A DNA stretch of 64,000 nt from Vicugna vicugna (Eukaryota). Shown here one piece after another: positions 1 through 13,601 of the stretch. Made by a program: the position numbers and the translations under genes. Position 1 is the stretch's first letter; each line of letters opens with the position of its first letter. The notes below the pieces were generated by a model. That model did no database searches, was not told the origin of the DNA, and saw nothing but the letters and a program-made list of their open reading frames with translations. The stretch lies in NCBI GenBank assembly GCA_013265495.1, contig MU062239.1, positions 1,365,860 through 1,429,859 of the forward strand, given 5' to 3'.

Positions 1-42
1 ACTACTCACAACAACTCAGTGAGTCACAGAGGACAAGGACTG

Positions 43-361
43 CAGGCGGACCTGGGAGACACTGCAGGTTTGGTTCCACCACAATAAAGCAAATATCACA
101 ATAAAGCAAGCCATACACATTTTTTTTGTTTCCCAGGGCATATAAAGTTATGCTTGCACCATACTGTATGTAGTCCATTAACGGTACAAAAGCATTATGT
201 CTAAAAAAACAATGTACAGGCCTTAATTTAGAAATAATTTATCAGTAAAAAATGCTAACCATCATCTGACAATGCAGGGTTGCCACAAACTTTCAATTGG
301 TAAAACCCACAGTATCTGCAAAGCACAATCAAGTGAAGCATAATAAAGTCAGGTATGCCTG
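43..361 (+). mobile_element. Tigger1-derived non-autonomous DNA transposon (TcMar-Tigger MITE)
   Basis: Ends caggcggacct (43) and aggtatgcctg (361) are degenerate inverted repeats; the interior (aataaagcaaatatcacaataaagc ... aaaaatgctaaccatcatctgac) resembles recalled Tigger1 5' end sequence. Confidence 0.8.
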
Positions 362-959
362 TGTTATCCCCAGTCACAGGTGAAAAACTTAAGGTTCAGA
401 GAGATGAAGTCATCAAACCAGGATCACAAACTGGCAGAGCTGGGACTAGAGGTCAGGTCTTTCCGGCCCACGTTTTCTACAGGATGGTGTGCCTTCCTGC
501 TTTCCCACATCTGTGCCTGTGGCGAGTTTTGCACAGCAGGTCTCCCAACTCATCTCTCTGAAGCTGGTCCTCACCTTTCACCACTCAGCTCTCGTCTTCT
601 AACATACGTCTCTGCACGCAGCCCTAGAAAATTCTCCACATTTCCTCCACAGTATCATAAATGAGCCCCCCAACACCCAGAACGCGTTACTGTGATTTGC
701 AGCTCAGAAGCCTCTTCCTGTTCTGTTACACTTCTTCGCAGAGCCGCTCACTTAAGTGCCTAACTATGTGCCAGCCCCTGGGCTACCACCAAGGACATAA
801 GGGCAAAGAGACATCACAGTTGTCCTGAGGGAAATCCCAGGACAGTAAATATCTAACAGTAACTGAGTAAGTTAGATTGTGCTGCATTCATGATGGAAGC
901 GCTGCACTAAGCTATGGAGGTTCCACAGAATCAGCAGAAAATTGAGAAATAAATCAGAT

Positions 960-3900
960 GAAAACCGGACTAATATATAACTTTCAAATCAGTAGAGGAA
1001 ACAAAATGAAACAAGAAACATTTGATTAACATAGTAAATTACAACAAAGAAAAAAGTGACAAATGAAAAACAAAATAAGGTAGAAAGAAGTTCAAATGTG
1101 TTATTAATCTCAGTAAATGTAAGTAGGTTAAATACAGAACTGTACAACAGGGATAAAAATACCAATTATTTGCAAGGAACATTCTTAAAACAGCGAAGTA
1201 AGGGATGGAAAATGTTATTCTAGGCAAATGCCTAACAAATTTGGTAGATGAAACAATATTAATATCAAACAAAACAGACTCCAAAGTGAACAACATTAAA
1301 AAGACAGAGACATTTAAAAATAACACTTAAAATCCACCAAAAAAGGTTTATCAGTAAGGAACTCATGCATCTAATAGCACAACTTCAAAATGTATAAAAC
1401 AAAAATGAATAGAAATACAATGAGAAATTTTAAAAGTCTCAAGTATCACAAGAGACTTTAACATACCTTTATATCAATCACCTACAGATCAAGCAAATAA
1501 AACCAGAAAACTATAGAAGAAAAAGAACATAAGGAATAAAGATTGGAAAGGAGGAAATAAACCAGTGGTTATATTTAAGATGATATGACTGTATACACTG
1601 CAAAACAAATAATCTGCAGATAAATTATTAGAAAAAATTAGCTTAGCAAGGTTGCTAGATACAAGATTAATACACAAAATCAACTACATGACTATACATC
1701 CACAATATACATTAGAAATCAAATTTTAAAAAGACATCATTTACCAGAGCACTGAAAATATCAATACCAAGGAATAAACTTAATTAGAGAGAGCAAAACC
1801 ATAAACACACACACTATAAATTACTGAGAGTATTTAAAGACACCCTAAATAAATGGAATGACATACCCTGTTCATGGATTGGGAAATTCAATACTGTAAA
1901 GATACCAATTCCTCATCAGAATTCTAATAGGTTGTTTGTTGTTGGGATGGGAGATGGTGAAAAGCAACAAATTCTGATCCTAAAATTTTTATGGAAATAC
2001 CAAAGGTCAATATTAGCCAAGACATTCTGGAAGAACAGATGGCAAAAGCTGTTCTACTAGATACTCAGACTTAGAATAATTAAGATACTGTGCACTAGCA
2101 TAAGAACCAACAATCAAACAATAAGTTTACACTGTATAGAACAGGGAACTATATTCAGTATCTTGTAACTCATGGTGAAAAAGAATATGAAAATGAATAT
2201 ATGTATGTTCATGTATGACTGAACCATTATGCTATACACCAGAAATTGACATAATACTGTAAACTGACTATACTTCAATAAATATATATATATATATTTT
2301 TTAAAGAACCAACAATTAGATCAATGGATGAGAACAGAGGACCCAGAAATTGACCCACATCTATGTGGACACAATTTACGACAGAAGTGGCACTGTAAAC
2401 CACTGTAGAACAAGTAATGCTAGTTCATCTGGATATCCATGGGAAGAAAATGAAACTTTTCTAGGAGATAACATTTAAAAAAGTCTTCTTAACTTTGGCA
2501 TAGGGATAAGCTTCTTAAATAGGATCCAAAAACAAACCCAAAAACAACTATACAGGAAGAGACTGCTACACCGGACTACAGTGAAATTAAGAATTCTGTT
2601 CATCAAAAGATACCACTGCAACATTTAAAAGCTAACCACATCTTATTTCTAAGAGGATACTTATAACACAGGTAACTGAGAATGGGTCCATGTGCAGAAT
2701 ACTCCCGCAAAGAACTCCTACAAATCAATAAAAAAAAAAGAATAAAGAGAAAGAAAGGGAAAAAAGAGTAGAAAACAAGAAGGTGAAAGAGAGAGAGAAA
2801 GTCAGGGAGGGAGCAGTGGGCAAGAGACCTAACTGGCACATCACAAAAGAAGACATGAAAATGGCCCATAAACACATGAAAAAGGACTCACCATTAATCA
2901 TCCAGAAAATGTAAACTAAAACCACAATGACAGCCTTCCGCACCAACCAGGTGCCTAAAATTTAAAAAACTAATAACTAGTGCTGGCAAGGATGCATAGC
3001 AACTGTTGTCATATACTCTTGGTTGGAGTATAAAAGGATAAAATGACTTTGAAAAAAATCTTATTAGAGTTGAACAAATACATACCCTAATGACCTATCA
3101 ATTATACTCCTGGGAATATGTCCAACAGAAACACCCACATACATGTACCAAGAGACATTTACAAAAAACAATCACAGTAGTTTCCCTTATAATCACCCAA
3201 AACTGGAAAAACACCCAAAGATGAAAACAATGGGACAGATAAATAAATGGCTAATAGTAATACAATGGAATATAGCAATGAACAGAAACAAATCACAGCA
3301 ACACAAACACAGCAGATGAACCTCACAAAGTGTAAAGTGGAAGAAGCCAGTCACAAGAAAACACCTACTGTATGATTCTATTTTTATAAAGTTCCAAATC
3401 AGGCAAACCCAAAGTACAGCATTAAAGACCAGAATGGTAGTTAACACATGGGAAGAAGCATGGGAGAGAGACTGTGAGAAGAGAGAACAGGGGGCCTTCT
3501 TAGTGCTTGTAATGTTCTGTGTCTTGGCTTGCATAGTGGTCACGCATAAAAGTCTGTTTTCTGATAACTGAGCTGCAAATTTATATTCGTGTACTTTTCT
3601 ATCTGTACATTCCACTTCTATTAAAAAAAAAAAGGAAAACTAGTTTACTGGATTTGTCCACACTCTTCAATATAAATGGTACAATAAAAAATTCAATATT
3701 AAAATCTTAAAACTACTTTAAAACACTATCAATGCATATGTCAGCTTAAGGAAAAAAAAAGAGGAAAAGAAAATCTCTTAGTAAAACAGAATAGAAGAAA
3801 ATTTCCTTAACTTCATATGTAGATTTGCCAAAAATCAGCAGTCAGCAAAACATAAAAAAACAGCATTTTCTTTAAACTGGGAAGGGGGAGTTGCAGGGAG

Positions 3901-5250
3901 AGCTGATATCCACCACTACAGCTATTATTCAATATTATCCTGAACTAAAATCCATTTAATAAAGCAAAAAGAGAAAAAAAGAAAGGTATAAAGGTTGCAA
4001 AAAGAGAGGTAAAACTTTACTTATATGTAGGTGAGCTCATCTATCTGTTAATCCAAAATTAACAAAATCTCATCATTTCATCAAATCTGAAATATCAAGT
4101 ATAAGACATATACATATTTTATGCACCATTGGGAAAGTTTAAAATATCATCAGCTAATTATGAGATCTCATCAATCTAAGAATGCATCCCAATTTCAGAA
4201 ATGTTCAAATGTATACCTTAGAACAATAAATACAAAAGCAATGTACAAATCCAGCAGTTCTCATGTAAGTAGTAATAACCAATCCCAAAATGTAACTTAA
4301 AAAAAAATTCCGTTCAGAATAGCAATAAAAACTATAAAATATAGAACCTGGAAATAAACCTAATAAGGAATTTATGAATTCTTATGTATTCCTATGTCAG
4401 GAATCCTGATATGAAAAAATTCTAAAATTTAACTAAAGAGATTGAAAAGAAGCATAAATAAATTGATAAGATAATTTCACATTGTAAAGATGTCATTTCT
4501 CCCCTAATTAAACTATGAACTCAACGTAATACCCATCAAAATCCCAACAGCATTTTTTGTGGAGTTTGACAAGCTCATTCTAAATTCCTCTTAAGATAAA
4601 GCAATCACCATCAGCAAAATTTTGAAAAATAAGAACAAAGAGGGAAGAATTGCCTCATAAAATATTAAAATATGTAGGAAAGAATGGTTTTGCCTAGAAA
4701 ATAAAAATTCTCTGTGCAAGAAAAGATATAAACAAAATTCAAAAGTAAGTGTCTAAGAGAAAATATTCACAATATATGTAAACTAGAAGAGGATTAAGAT
4801 CCAAAATGTATAAAGAACTAGTATACATCCATAAGCAAAAGAAAGAACCCAGCGTGGAGCCGGTAAAGGATATGAACAGACAAATCACAGAAGAGGAAAT
4901 AAACAAGGCTAAGGAACACATAAAAGAATAACCTTCCTCACTAGGAATCAGGAAAATGCAATATAAAACTAAGATGCCATTTTTCACTGACAGCCTAGAA
5001 AATTTTTTATATTTCACTATATAAAGTACTTGGCAAGGATGTGGGGAAATACATACTGATGGTCACTGCTAGTCAAAACATAATTGTATGCTCATTTTCA
5101 AGGGCAAGTTGGCAGTATTTGTTTAAATGTGCAATTCCACTTATTGGAATAAGAATTTATTTATTACCTATGTAAAAAAATACATATATATCAAACAAAT
5201 GTCTGCGTGTGCTTATGTATATATCTATCATTAAACTGTAAATAAACAAA
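960..5250 (+). mobile_element. Old fragmented L1 (L1M/L1ME-type ORF2 and 3' remnants), KIAA0753 intron 7
   Basis: A-rich plus strand with decayed ORF2 motifs (e.g. gatgatatgactgtatacac, aatactgtaaagataccaattc, gtaaagatgtcatttctcccc); no intact ORF; boundaries approximate. Confidence 0.75.
2115..2303 (+). mobile_element. Short 5'-truncated young L1 3' end nested in older L1
   Basis: 13 bp TSD aagaaccaacaat at 2102-2114 and 2304-2316; body matches the L1 3' UTRs at 7240-7410 and 19500-19670. Confidence 0.85.
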
Positions 5251-5525
5251 TTAAAAAAAAAAAGTAGAGTTCTAACTTCCAGCTTGGTTAGCCCAAACAT
5301 GATGATGCAGGAAAAGGGAAATGACTTTTCCCCACCCTTCTCTATAGAAAAATACTCCAGCCTCTAGCCTAAGGAAGCATCTTGGTTGCTATTCACTTAT
5401 CATAGTTCAAGTGCACCTCCTGTGGACTAGGTTTTAAATCCTGACTTTTCCCTCAGTGCAGTAACTGTTACAGTCCACACAATTTTAAACAAATTATCTT
5501 GCAATAAACACTGTAGGACACATAC

Positions 5526-5736
5526 CAGCAAGAAGCTTCTTTGCCACTGAAGGTCGTCCTGTTTCCTGGGGAAGTACCTCCTTTGCTATGAAGGGCCTCC
5601 TCTCACTCTTCGGAGATGTACTTTGCCATCTCTCTAAGGCCCTTTGGCTACTGATAGGAAATCTGCTCTGAACTTCACTGAAACATTTCTTTGCCTTTTT
5701 TGGTGACAGTTTCTTTTCCAGGAGGGATTCCAAAGC
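5526..5736 (-). CDS. KIAA0753: KIAA0753 (Moonraker/OFIP) exon 7, 211 bp, [27 protein letters not shown]...AKKLLA
   Basis: tggcag|GCT acceptor and G|gtatg donor; peptide matches recalled human KIAA0753; phase continuous with exon 6. Confidence 0.95.
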
Positions 5737-6863
5737 CTGCCATAAAACAGTCAATCATTCTCTTAGTTTATCTCACAAAAGTCGGACTTTTAATCACAAA
5801 ACTAAAAATGAGGAGAGAAATGTGTTATCAAATGACTATCTCTAATGGTTAATGAAATGTAACTTAATTTTAAAACCTGATTATTTAGGACATCCAATTA
5901 ATAAAAGAAATTCTGCATGTCTTTTTTCATGTTTAGCTCATAAAACCAATAGCAAAAAAAAAAAAAAAAAAAAGGAGAGAGAATATGACTACTTTTAAAG
6001 GCATCCAAATCCTAAAAGTAAGGGTCATCATTTAAGAAACCATATTAGCAGGGTGGTAAAGAGGGTGGGAAGGGATAAATTGGGAATTCAAAATTTGCAC
6101 CTTTTGGGGAATGATGGAAATGTTAGTTATCTTGATTGTGGTGGTGGTTCATAGGTGTATACATCTATCAAAATGCATCAAATTGTACATCTGAAATATG
6201 TGCAGTTTACTGTACAGGAATCATACTATAATAAAGGTGTTAAAAAATTTAAAAAGATAGAAAACTAACCACAGTCTTTAGAATATAACCCTATATGCTA
6301 TATAACCATTTTAATTCTCAACGAAAACTTCATAAACTCAATCTTTTAAGTGGTCACACTAACTATTAATTGTGTACTGTTTAATATACATTTTCATAAA
6401 CTTAAAGAAACTTAGCATGTCCAGTGGCTTTGGTCACTCATCTACCACAATGACAGGGACCTGTGCCCTGGCCTTTCTAAGAGAGGCACGCCCTCTACCG
6501 AGTAACCACTCACTCATCACCAGGCAGCAAGGGCCCATTCTCCTCTGGTCGGCACATGCTAAGGACAACTGAACATAGCCAGGGACACTGAGTTCAGATG
6601 ACAGTAAGGCAATAAAGAAACACTAAGCTGTAGGATGGTGCGGTACACATTGACAAGAAAGAAGATACTTCTTGCACTACTGAATATTTTCAAATGTAGG
6701 GGAGATAAACATTATGTTTAAGAAACATTAAGGAACTCTTGCTCAAAATTTGGGAAAGGGACTTCGGCTCTTGAGCCTTTCTAGGATTATCAAGACTTGT
6801 CTGCTAAATGAAATCATTTGGTCAATAAATGTTTCTTATAGATAAGTTTAAAAAGCATCACAT

Positions 6864-7460
6864 GTCCATCAATAGGCAACTGGATAAAGAAGTTGTAGTA
6901 TATTTATACGATGGAATACTACTCAGTGATAAAAAAGAATAAAAATGCCATTTGCAGCAACACTGGATGGACCTGGAGATAGTCATTCTAAGTAAAGTAA
7001 GCCAGAAAGGAAAGAAAAATACCATATGATATTATTCATATGTGGAATCTAAAAAAGAAAAAAAAAGAAAAGAAAAGAAAAAAGAGGACACTAATGAACT
7101 CATTTACACAACAGAAACAAACTCATAGACATAATAAACAATTTTATGGTTACCAGGGGAAATGGGGTGGGAAGGGATAAATTTGGAAGTCTGAGATTTG
7201 CAAAGGTTAAACACTATATACAAAAATAGATAAAAAAACAAATTTCTTCTGTATAGCACAGGGACTATAACTATATTCAATATCTTGTAATAACCTTTAA
7301 TGAAAAAGAATATGAAAATGAATATACGTGTATATATATGCATGACTGGGACATGATCCTGTACACCAGAAATGGACACAATACAACTAATACTTCAATA
7401 AAATTAAAAAAAAAACAAAGAACAACAAAAATTTTAAAATAAATAGCTAGCTAGCTAGCT
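6864..7460 (+). mobile_element. 5'-truncated young L1 (ORF2 end plus 3' UTR and A tail)
   Basis: TSD agcatcacat at 6854-6863 and 7461-7470; typical gcagcaacactggatggacctggag motif; A-rich tail ending in (TAGC)n. Confidence 0.9.
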
Positions 7461-8512
7461 AGCATCACATAACTTGATATGCTATCCAAAGGTCTCCATT
7501 TGACAATAACATTTCTGATAGTTTTACATACACAAATGTAACCAATGTAAATCACAAACACATTTGCTGAGTGATGAACCTGTAAAGGTAGAAGAAGGGG
7601 CCCTGAAGACTCCGAGAGCTAGCTGATGGCAGAACTGGCCTGTCACTTAGTCCAGAATCCTCCCCACCAGGCACCCTTCCCCTACAGCTAGCAGCTTGCT
7701 ACATCACACTAACACGGAGGTCGTCTTTTTACTTATGGATGAAAACGTGTGGTGGAGTGGAAATAACAGTGGCATGGAAGTCAGAAGATAGGCATTTGAT
7801 TCCCAGCTCTCAAAAGAAGTAACTGTCATCTCTTTGACCTTTGCCTTTTTTTTTTTTCCAATCTGTAAAAGAGTAGTCACACAACCTACTGCAAATTCTA
7901 GCAGTGCAGTAAGGATGAAATGGTAGCACTCTGCACCCTTCAGAGAACTGTAAAGATTTAAGGACACAATGCTTTTGCTGTCTTTGTCACCAGTAAAAAC
8001 TACGGACACTATCCATTCCTGACTAGTACACACCGGCTGTGATTTCCAGAAGTCTCCAGCCATATCACGAGACTTTGGGCTCTGCTTCCATATATTTTTG
8101 TGTTTCTTCATTTCAAAAATCTATCTAGATTACACACTGATAATTTAATCTAAGCACTAATCTAAACAGTGCTTTACTGTCTTCCTTTTATATGCTAATA
8201 TATTCTTTATTAAATAGCATGATCATGGAATGGAACATTCTGTTAAATTAATGGACCTAGTTAAGAGTTGTTACATGTTCTAGACTCAAGTCACCAATTC
8301 TCAAAAAAGTGAAATACAGTATTATAGACTAGACTGTAAAAACAGTAAGATTAAAGTGAAGTGTTTGTTTTGCCCTCTGCAAAGCCTGTATTTACTAGGT
8401 ACCAGCCTTGTCTTATATTCTCCACGAATCTCAACGAGATTAGGCAATGGTAAACATTCTTCCCTGCTCAGAAACAATGCACTTTAAACAAAAACTGGGG
8501 TCAATTTCATAC

Positions 8513-8728
8513 CTCAATTTGTTGCAGGATATCTATAACCACATCTGGAACAGAAGAGTCAGCCTCCAGCTTGGCGGAACAGAGTGAAAGCTGGCGAATA
8601 AGACTGCCCAGTTCCCTGCACCGAGTAGGAACTGGGTGTTCCCCTCGGTCAGTAAACTGAGTGACAAACATCTGTAAGGCCCGGATGGCTCCTCGATGGG
8701 CAGCTGCCAGCCTGGACGCTGCCCATGA
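8513..8728 (-). CDS. KIAA0753: KIAA0753 exon 6, 216 bp, [25 protein letters not shown]...VIDILQQIE
   Basis: ttgccag| acceptor and |gtatga donor; phase 0/0; matches recalled human protein. Confidence 0.95.
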
Positions 8729-9128
8729 CTGGCAATAAATGAGACACGAGAGTTATTTCAATACTCAGAACTTCTAAACAATAACTCAGCCCTTAAGAAC
8801 ATTTACAGTCAATCTTCTTTCTATGCAAGAACAATTTCTATTGTGAAAACTTTCCAGTAAAGGGAATTGTAAAGTTTAAGAGTTTCTAATGACAAAGTCT
8901 TTTCCCTCCTATGCTCAGTTTCTTATACCAGCACCAACAACAAAAATCTATTTTCAGAACCTGTTTCTCAGCAGGTAACCCCAAATTCAGAACATTTAAG
9001 GTGCTCACTCCCCAACAGGTTTCTACAAGCACTAAAAATAGTATTAGTGCAGAGAACCCATACACAATACTAACAAAACACTGAAAACATAGTTTGTAAA
9101 CAGTATTAATCATAATTAAATTGCATCA

Positions 9129-9302
<174 letters not shown>

Positions 9303-10399
9303 TCACTTGCAAATGAGACAAGGCTCTTCATTCATGCACCCAAAAAGAGTTTTTGTTTTCCAGTTCAAGATGGTGACTAGTGCACAGGGCTCACCTTCCA
9401 TCCCTTGGTCCCCACTGTAATGGGAATTTAACATGAAGGAGTGAAGGTGGAGGCAACTCTGGAAAGGCAGGAGGGCCAGATCAGGGGGTCTTCATAGCCG
9501 TGCTAAAGAATTTAGCTTTCACTCTCTGAGTTACAGAGAGCCACTGAAATCTTTAAGCAGTAAGGCCTGACAGGGTAAGATTCGTGTTTCAGAACAATCT
9601 CACTGGCAGCAATACAGATTAAGGACCAAAATAGAACCCCAAAACAATACAGAACAAAATCTAACACAGGGCTTACCTTTTAAATCAAAGAGTCCAGTTT
9701 TGGGTGCAAGCAGTAAGGCCAATACATGATCTCAGTGACCAGAAATGAGTTCAAGGCTTGCTAATGAGTAAGGCACTGAAGTTAAAACTAATAGTTAAAG
9801 AAATCTATCCACAATGTAAAGAATGTAAATGCCTGTTTGTCAGTCACTAAATGTGTCGTAAAAGACAAAACACATTCCTCATTCTTTACTATTTAGTAAA
9901 GACAATCAAATTCTTCATTATCTACTGAACTTCTGCTACAAAATAAACATGAGACAGATGGGAAACTAACACGGTCCCTTTTCTTTAAGACTATAGGGTG
10001 CATTAGTGGGAACCAAGGGTTTCAGAGTAACCGATCCACTTAAATTTGTCTGCAAAAATATGTGCTGGAAAAGCATTTTTTTTCTGGGGAAAGGACACAC
10101 AGTTTTTAATAGATTCTCAATAGTCTATGAACCAACCCCAAAAGTAAAAACAAACAAGCAAACCCCACTATTTAAGGATTTTGGCCATATACACACAACA
10201 CACAAACACACATAAAGGCAGAGGATGAAAAAAAAAAGAATTCTTTGTCCACGTGTTCAGTAAATTTAGCCTCACAAACATATTAGAATTCATATAGGAC
10301 ACTCTGGTGCTGATACTCCTGAGACAAAAGGAAAATGGAAGTTCCCTGAGAAGGCAATACTCAGGGCAGGACGCCCCGTCCCTCCCTGCGTTCCCGCAC

Positions 10400-10506
10400 C
10401 TGCTGCTGGAGGACGTAGAGCATTCGGGCAGAACGAACAGCTTGCTCCTGCCTCCTGACCCGGATCCTCTGCTCTTCATCTGGATCCAAAGCTTCTTGCA
10501 TGCGAT
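10400..10506 (-). CDS. KIAA0753: KIAA0753 exon 4, 107 bp, (D)[35 protein letters not shown]
   Basis: ttttcag| acceptor and CAG|gtgcgg donor; phase 1 start fits the end of exon 3. Confidence 0.95.
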
Positions 10507-12976
10507 CTGAAAATATTTTTTCCCAGAAGTGGATTATAAACCATATAGAAAACTTATAAAAACTTCAATTACTCAAAGAGATGATACGGTTGAGGAGCTC
10601 AAGTTTTATTAAGAAAAAGAAAAATGAGGTTGTTGTAACAAAAAATTTCTGTTTTCATCAGCCAAGAAACTAGGAACGAGGGAGTGGGCCTGTGTCCTGA
10701 CTCAGAGATGGAAGAGACATGGACACTTTAACTAGATCAAGCTCCCCTCCAGGCAGGAATTCCCTGAACCAGATCCCGCTGGACAGCTGACTCCACTGTT
10801 ACGCATCTCTTACTATTTTTAAATTCTTTATATTGAGCCTAAATAGGTAATGTTTTCTATGTTTTAAAAAGCCATTTATTGGCCTATTTTTCTGTTTAGG
10901 AAGATTTCTTTTATATTCTCCTTTCTTGAACCTAAAAGAGAAACCTTTTCTCCTACATGCTAAGATAGCAGTTGCTAAAATGCTTAGTGTCCAAAGTCTT
11001 CACATTTTTGTCAGGAAGCACACCCTTGTACACACTGGTGCTCCGCATTTTCAAAAGATTCACTCAAAGAAATTGCTTCTGGAAGACTGCCTGAGGGATT
11101 TGCAGCCTATCGACTCCTTCTAGTCAGCGGCTTTAAAAGATGTTCATACAAAACAACTTCTTATGCGAAACTCCAATATACAAGTCAGATAAAAGAAGTA
11201 TTTTATCAGTAAAAGTGTATTTTATAATCTCAAATTTTAAGTACTTACTCACAAAAAATTAGACGTGAAAACAGTAAGGAAGGAAGCAAAAATCTGAAAT
11301 CAGGAGTTGTAAATACAGGTGCAGTCTCCTAGGAGCCAAACTGGTTCTATTGCTTGCTCGGGCTGCACAGCGGGGAAAGCCCCAGATTCACATACTTACG
11401 TGACCACACACGGTAAGGGGCTCCTGTGGGGTTCTTAACTGCTCGCCGTGCAGGCGGCTCTGAGGCCACCAGTCTCCAGAGCAGCACGGAGGAGGCACCT
11501 CAGGGCTACTGAGCGGGCAGCTGCAGATCGGGCCATCGCAGACGTGACCAGCCCACAATGAGGTATGTGCAGAAATTCACAGTATGCCCTGACAGGTTTT
11601 TATGGCAATTTACCACTGTCATGACATTTTTATTATAGTTTACAAAGTACTTTCTTGTGACAGGCAGAAAATGTAAACTAAAAACCAACAGAGCAAAAAA
11701 CCACCCAACCAGTCCTTCCCACAGTTTGAGCAGCTCTGCCCCAAGGTCCCCAGTGTGAGGCTCCGCCCCCGGGGCAGCGGGCCTGGGGCTTTGCTCCCTG
11801 GGAGGCCAGGCCGCAGGCTGCCACCCAGGGATGTCAGGGAGCCATAATACTTCGTATTTTGATGTAGGAATGTTTTCAAATTGTTCTCGATATTACACAA
11901 CATACTCTTTACAAAGACCCACCCGAGAAATTTCTTTCTGGCCTTAGACAATTTTTCCTTACACAATTGTTCTTTCTTTGTAAATTCTGCAATTAATCAT
12001 TCTCCTCTTTAATTGACTGTGAGGAAGCTCAGAAACAAACTGCAACCCATTCCTAATAAATCTTGTTTTCCCTTTCCTTACTTTATCCTTTCCTTTATTT
12101 TTTCCTGTGCTAAAATATCCTCATCTATATATTTTTCCTCTATTTTGTTCGATCTGTTTTTGTAAGGCATCTTAAATTCCCTATGTAACATGCATACATG
12201 AACACATGCATATATTACTAGACTTTAAAATACAAAACATCATTACAGACTGTATTATCCTAGCCTAGTAGCTCCTTTTGATGCTGACTTCCTATTCCTT
12301 GCAGTCTGAAAGCTGGGCTTAAGTCTCCTATTTGTTAGCTAGGGTAACCCCAAATTTTCCACGTGGAACCAATCTTACTCTCCCCACGGAAATGCAAGGG
12401 CACATGGAATGCGGAAGAATTGTAGAGAACACTATACGATGATGATACACCTTCCTATCTACCCTGGGGTCTGATATTTGATACTGACATTTGTAATTCC
12501 CCTTGTCACGGCTGTGTACTCATCTTAACACTGCCAAAGTTAGAACTGGTTTTATCTACAATACACATATACTATGCTCTTTTCTGAACAAATTAAAAAT
12601 AATTTTGCCAGAAAGATTTCTGATTAAGAAGCAAAACATTACAGGATCATTTGCACACAGATGCCAGAAAACCTAAGGTTCAGACATCAGGGGCCACAGT
12701 TACTAGGCTGGGCCCTCAGTCGACTTACCAAGTGCAGCCTACAGAAAACCGGCTATTTCAGGTGCCTCTGCCGGAAAGAGGGGCTAGGGTAGGGCAAACT
12801 CTTCAGAAAAAAAGACACTGGTCAAACTCAAAGTCCACCTGTCTTGTCACAAATGCTCACTCTAGTGACAGAAGGAGAGACTGGAATGTGACAGGGGCAA
12901 GGGGTCCTGAAGGACTGTATTTGAATTGTACCCTCTCACGATATCTTTTCAAAGTCAGGAATACAATTTTTCTCAC

Positions 12977-13601
12977 CTCTTTTAGTTACTTCTTCAATTT
13001 TACGGATACAACTGCTCAATTCTTTCTGGAGTTGCTGAACTTCCAGCAGGCTTCTGTGTTCACACCGGCTTTTGTGGTCACCTATCCTGGCATGTGGCTG
13101 AAGTCCTGGATCGTGAGTGGGTGGCGAATTTGGCATGGCAAGATCTGACTGTCCTGGATGAGACGTGTACAGGTATACCTTGGCACCTGAGCTGGAAATT
13201 TCTACCTTGGACGGCTGGTGGCTGCCGTGATGGACTTCCCGACTCTCTGATTCCTTTCTTTCCACCCTATGGTCAGATATTTTATGCTTAGAGTGTCCAC
13301 ATTTCTGAGAGATTTGGGGCTGACTTCTGAGATGATGTTCTTTTATATGTTCTTCAAATTGTCTTCGTTTCACATCTCTTTTGGCTAGGTGGACAGCATA
13401 GCTAAGTCTCTCTTCTGATATGACAGAAAATGAAACAGAACTGCTTAGGTCAGGACCATCTCTAAAACCCAAATCTCCACAATGGTATGACTCATTGTAT
13501 GAGTGCTTCAGTTTTTCAATTCTAATTCCATGTGGGCAAGAATAGCGGATTGCCAAGTTGCTTGAATGTGTAGGAACATTCTTATTAAACTGCAGCTGGT
13601 T
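12977..13601 (-). CDS. KIAA0753: KIAA0753 exon 3, 625 bp, [20 protein letters not shown]...KIEEVTKR
   Basis: Within ORF 12936-13628; ttttaaag| acceptor and G|gtgag donor; strong similarity to recalled human N-terminal region. Confidence 0.97.

Noticed and set aside
12729-12738. 10 nt micro-exon (ttttctgtag|GCTGCACTTG|gtaagt) on the minus strand
   Set aside because: Good motifs, but frameshifting, tiny and unsupported; such matches occur by chance in long introns
12651-13291. Plus-strand ORFs of 165 and 65 aa
   Set aside because: Antisense to KIAA0753 exon 3; no independent support
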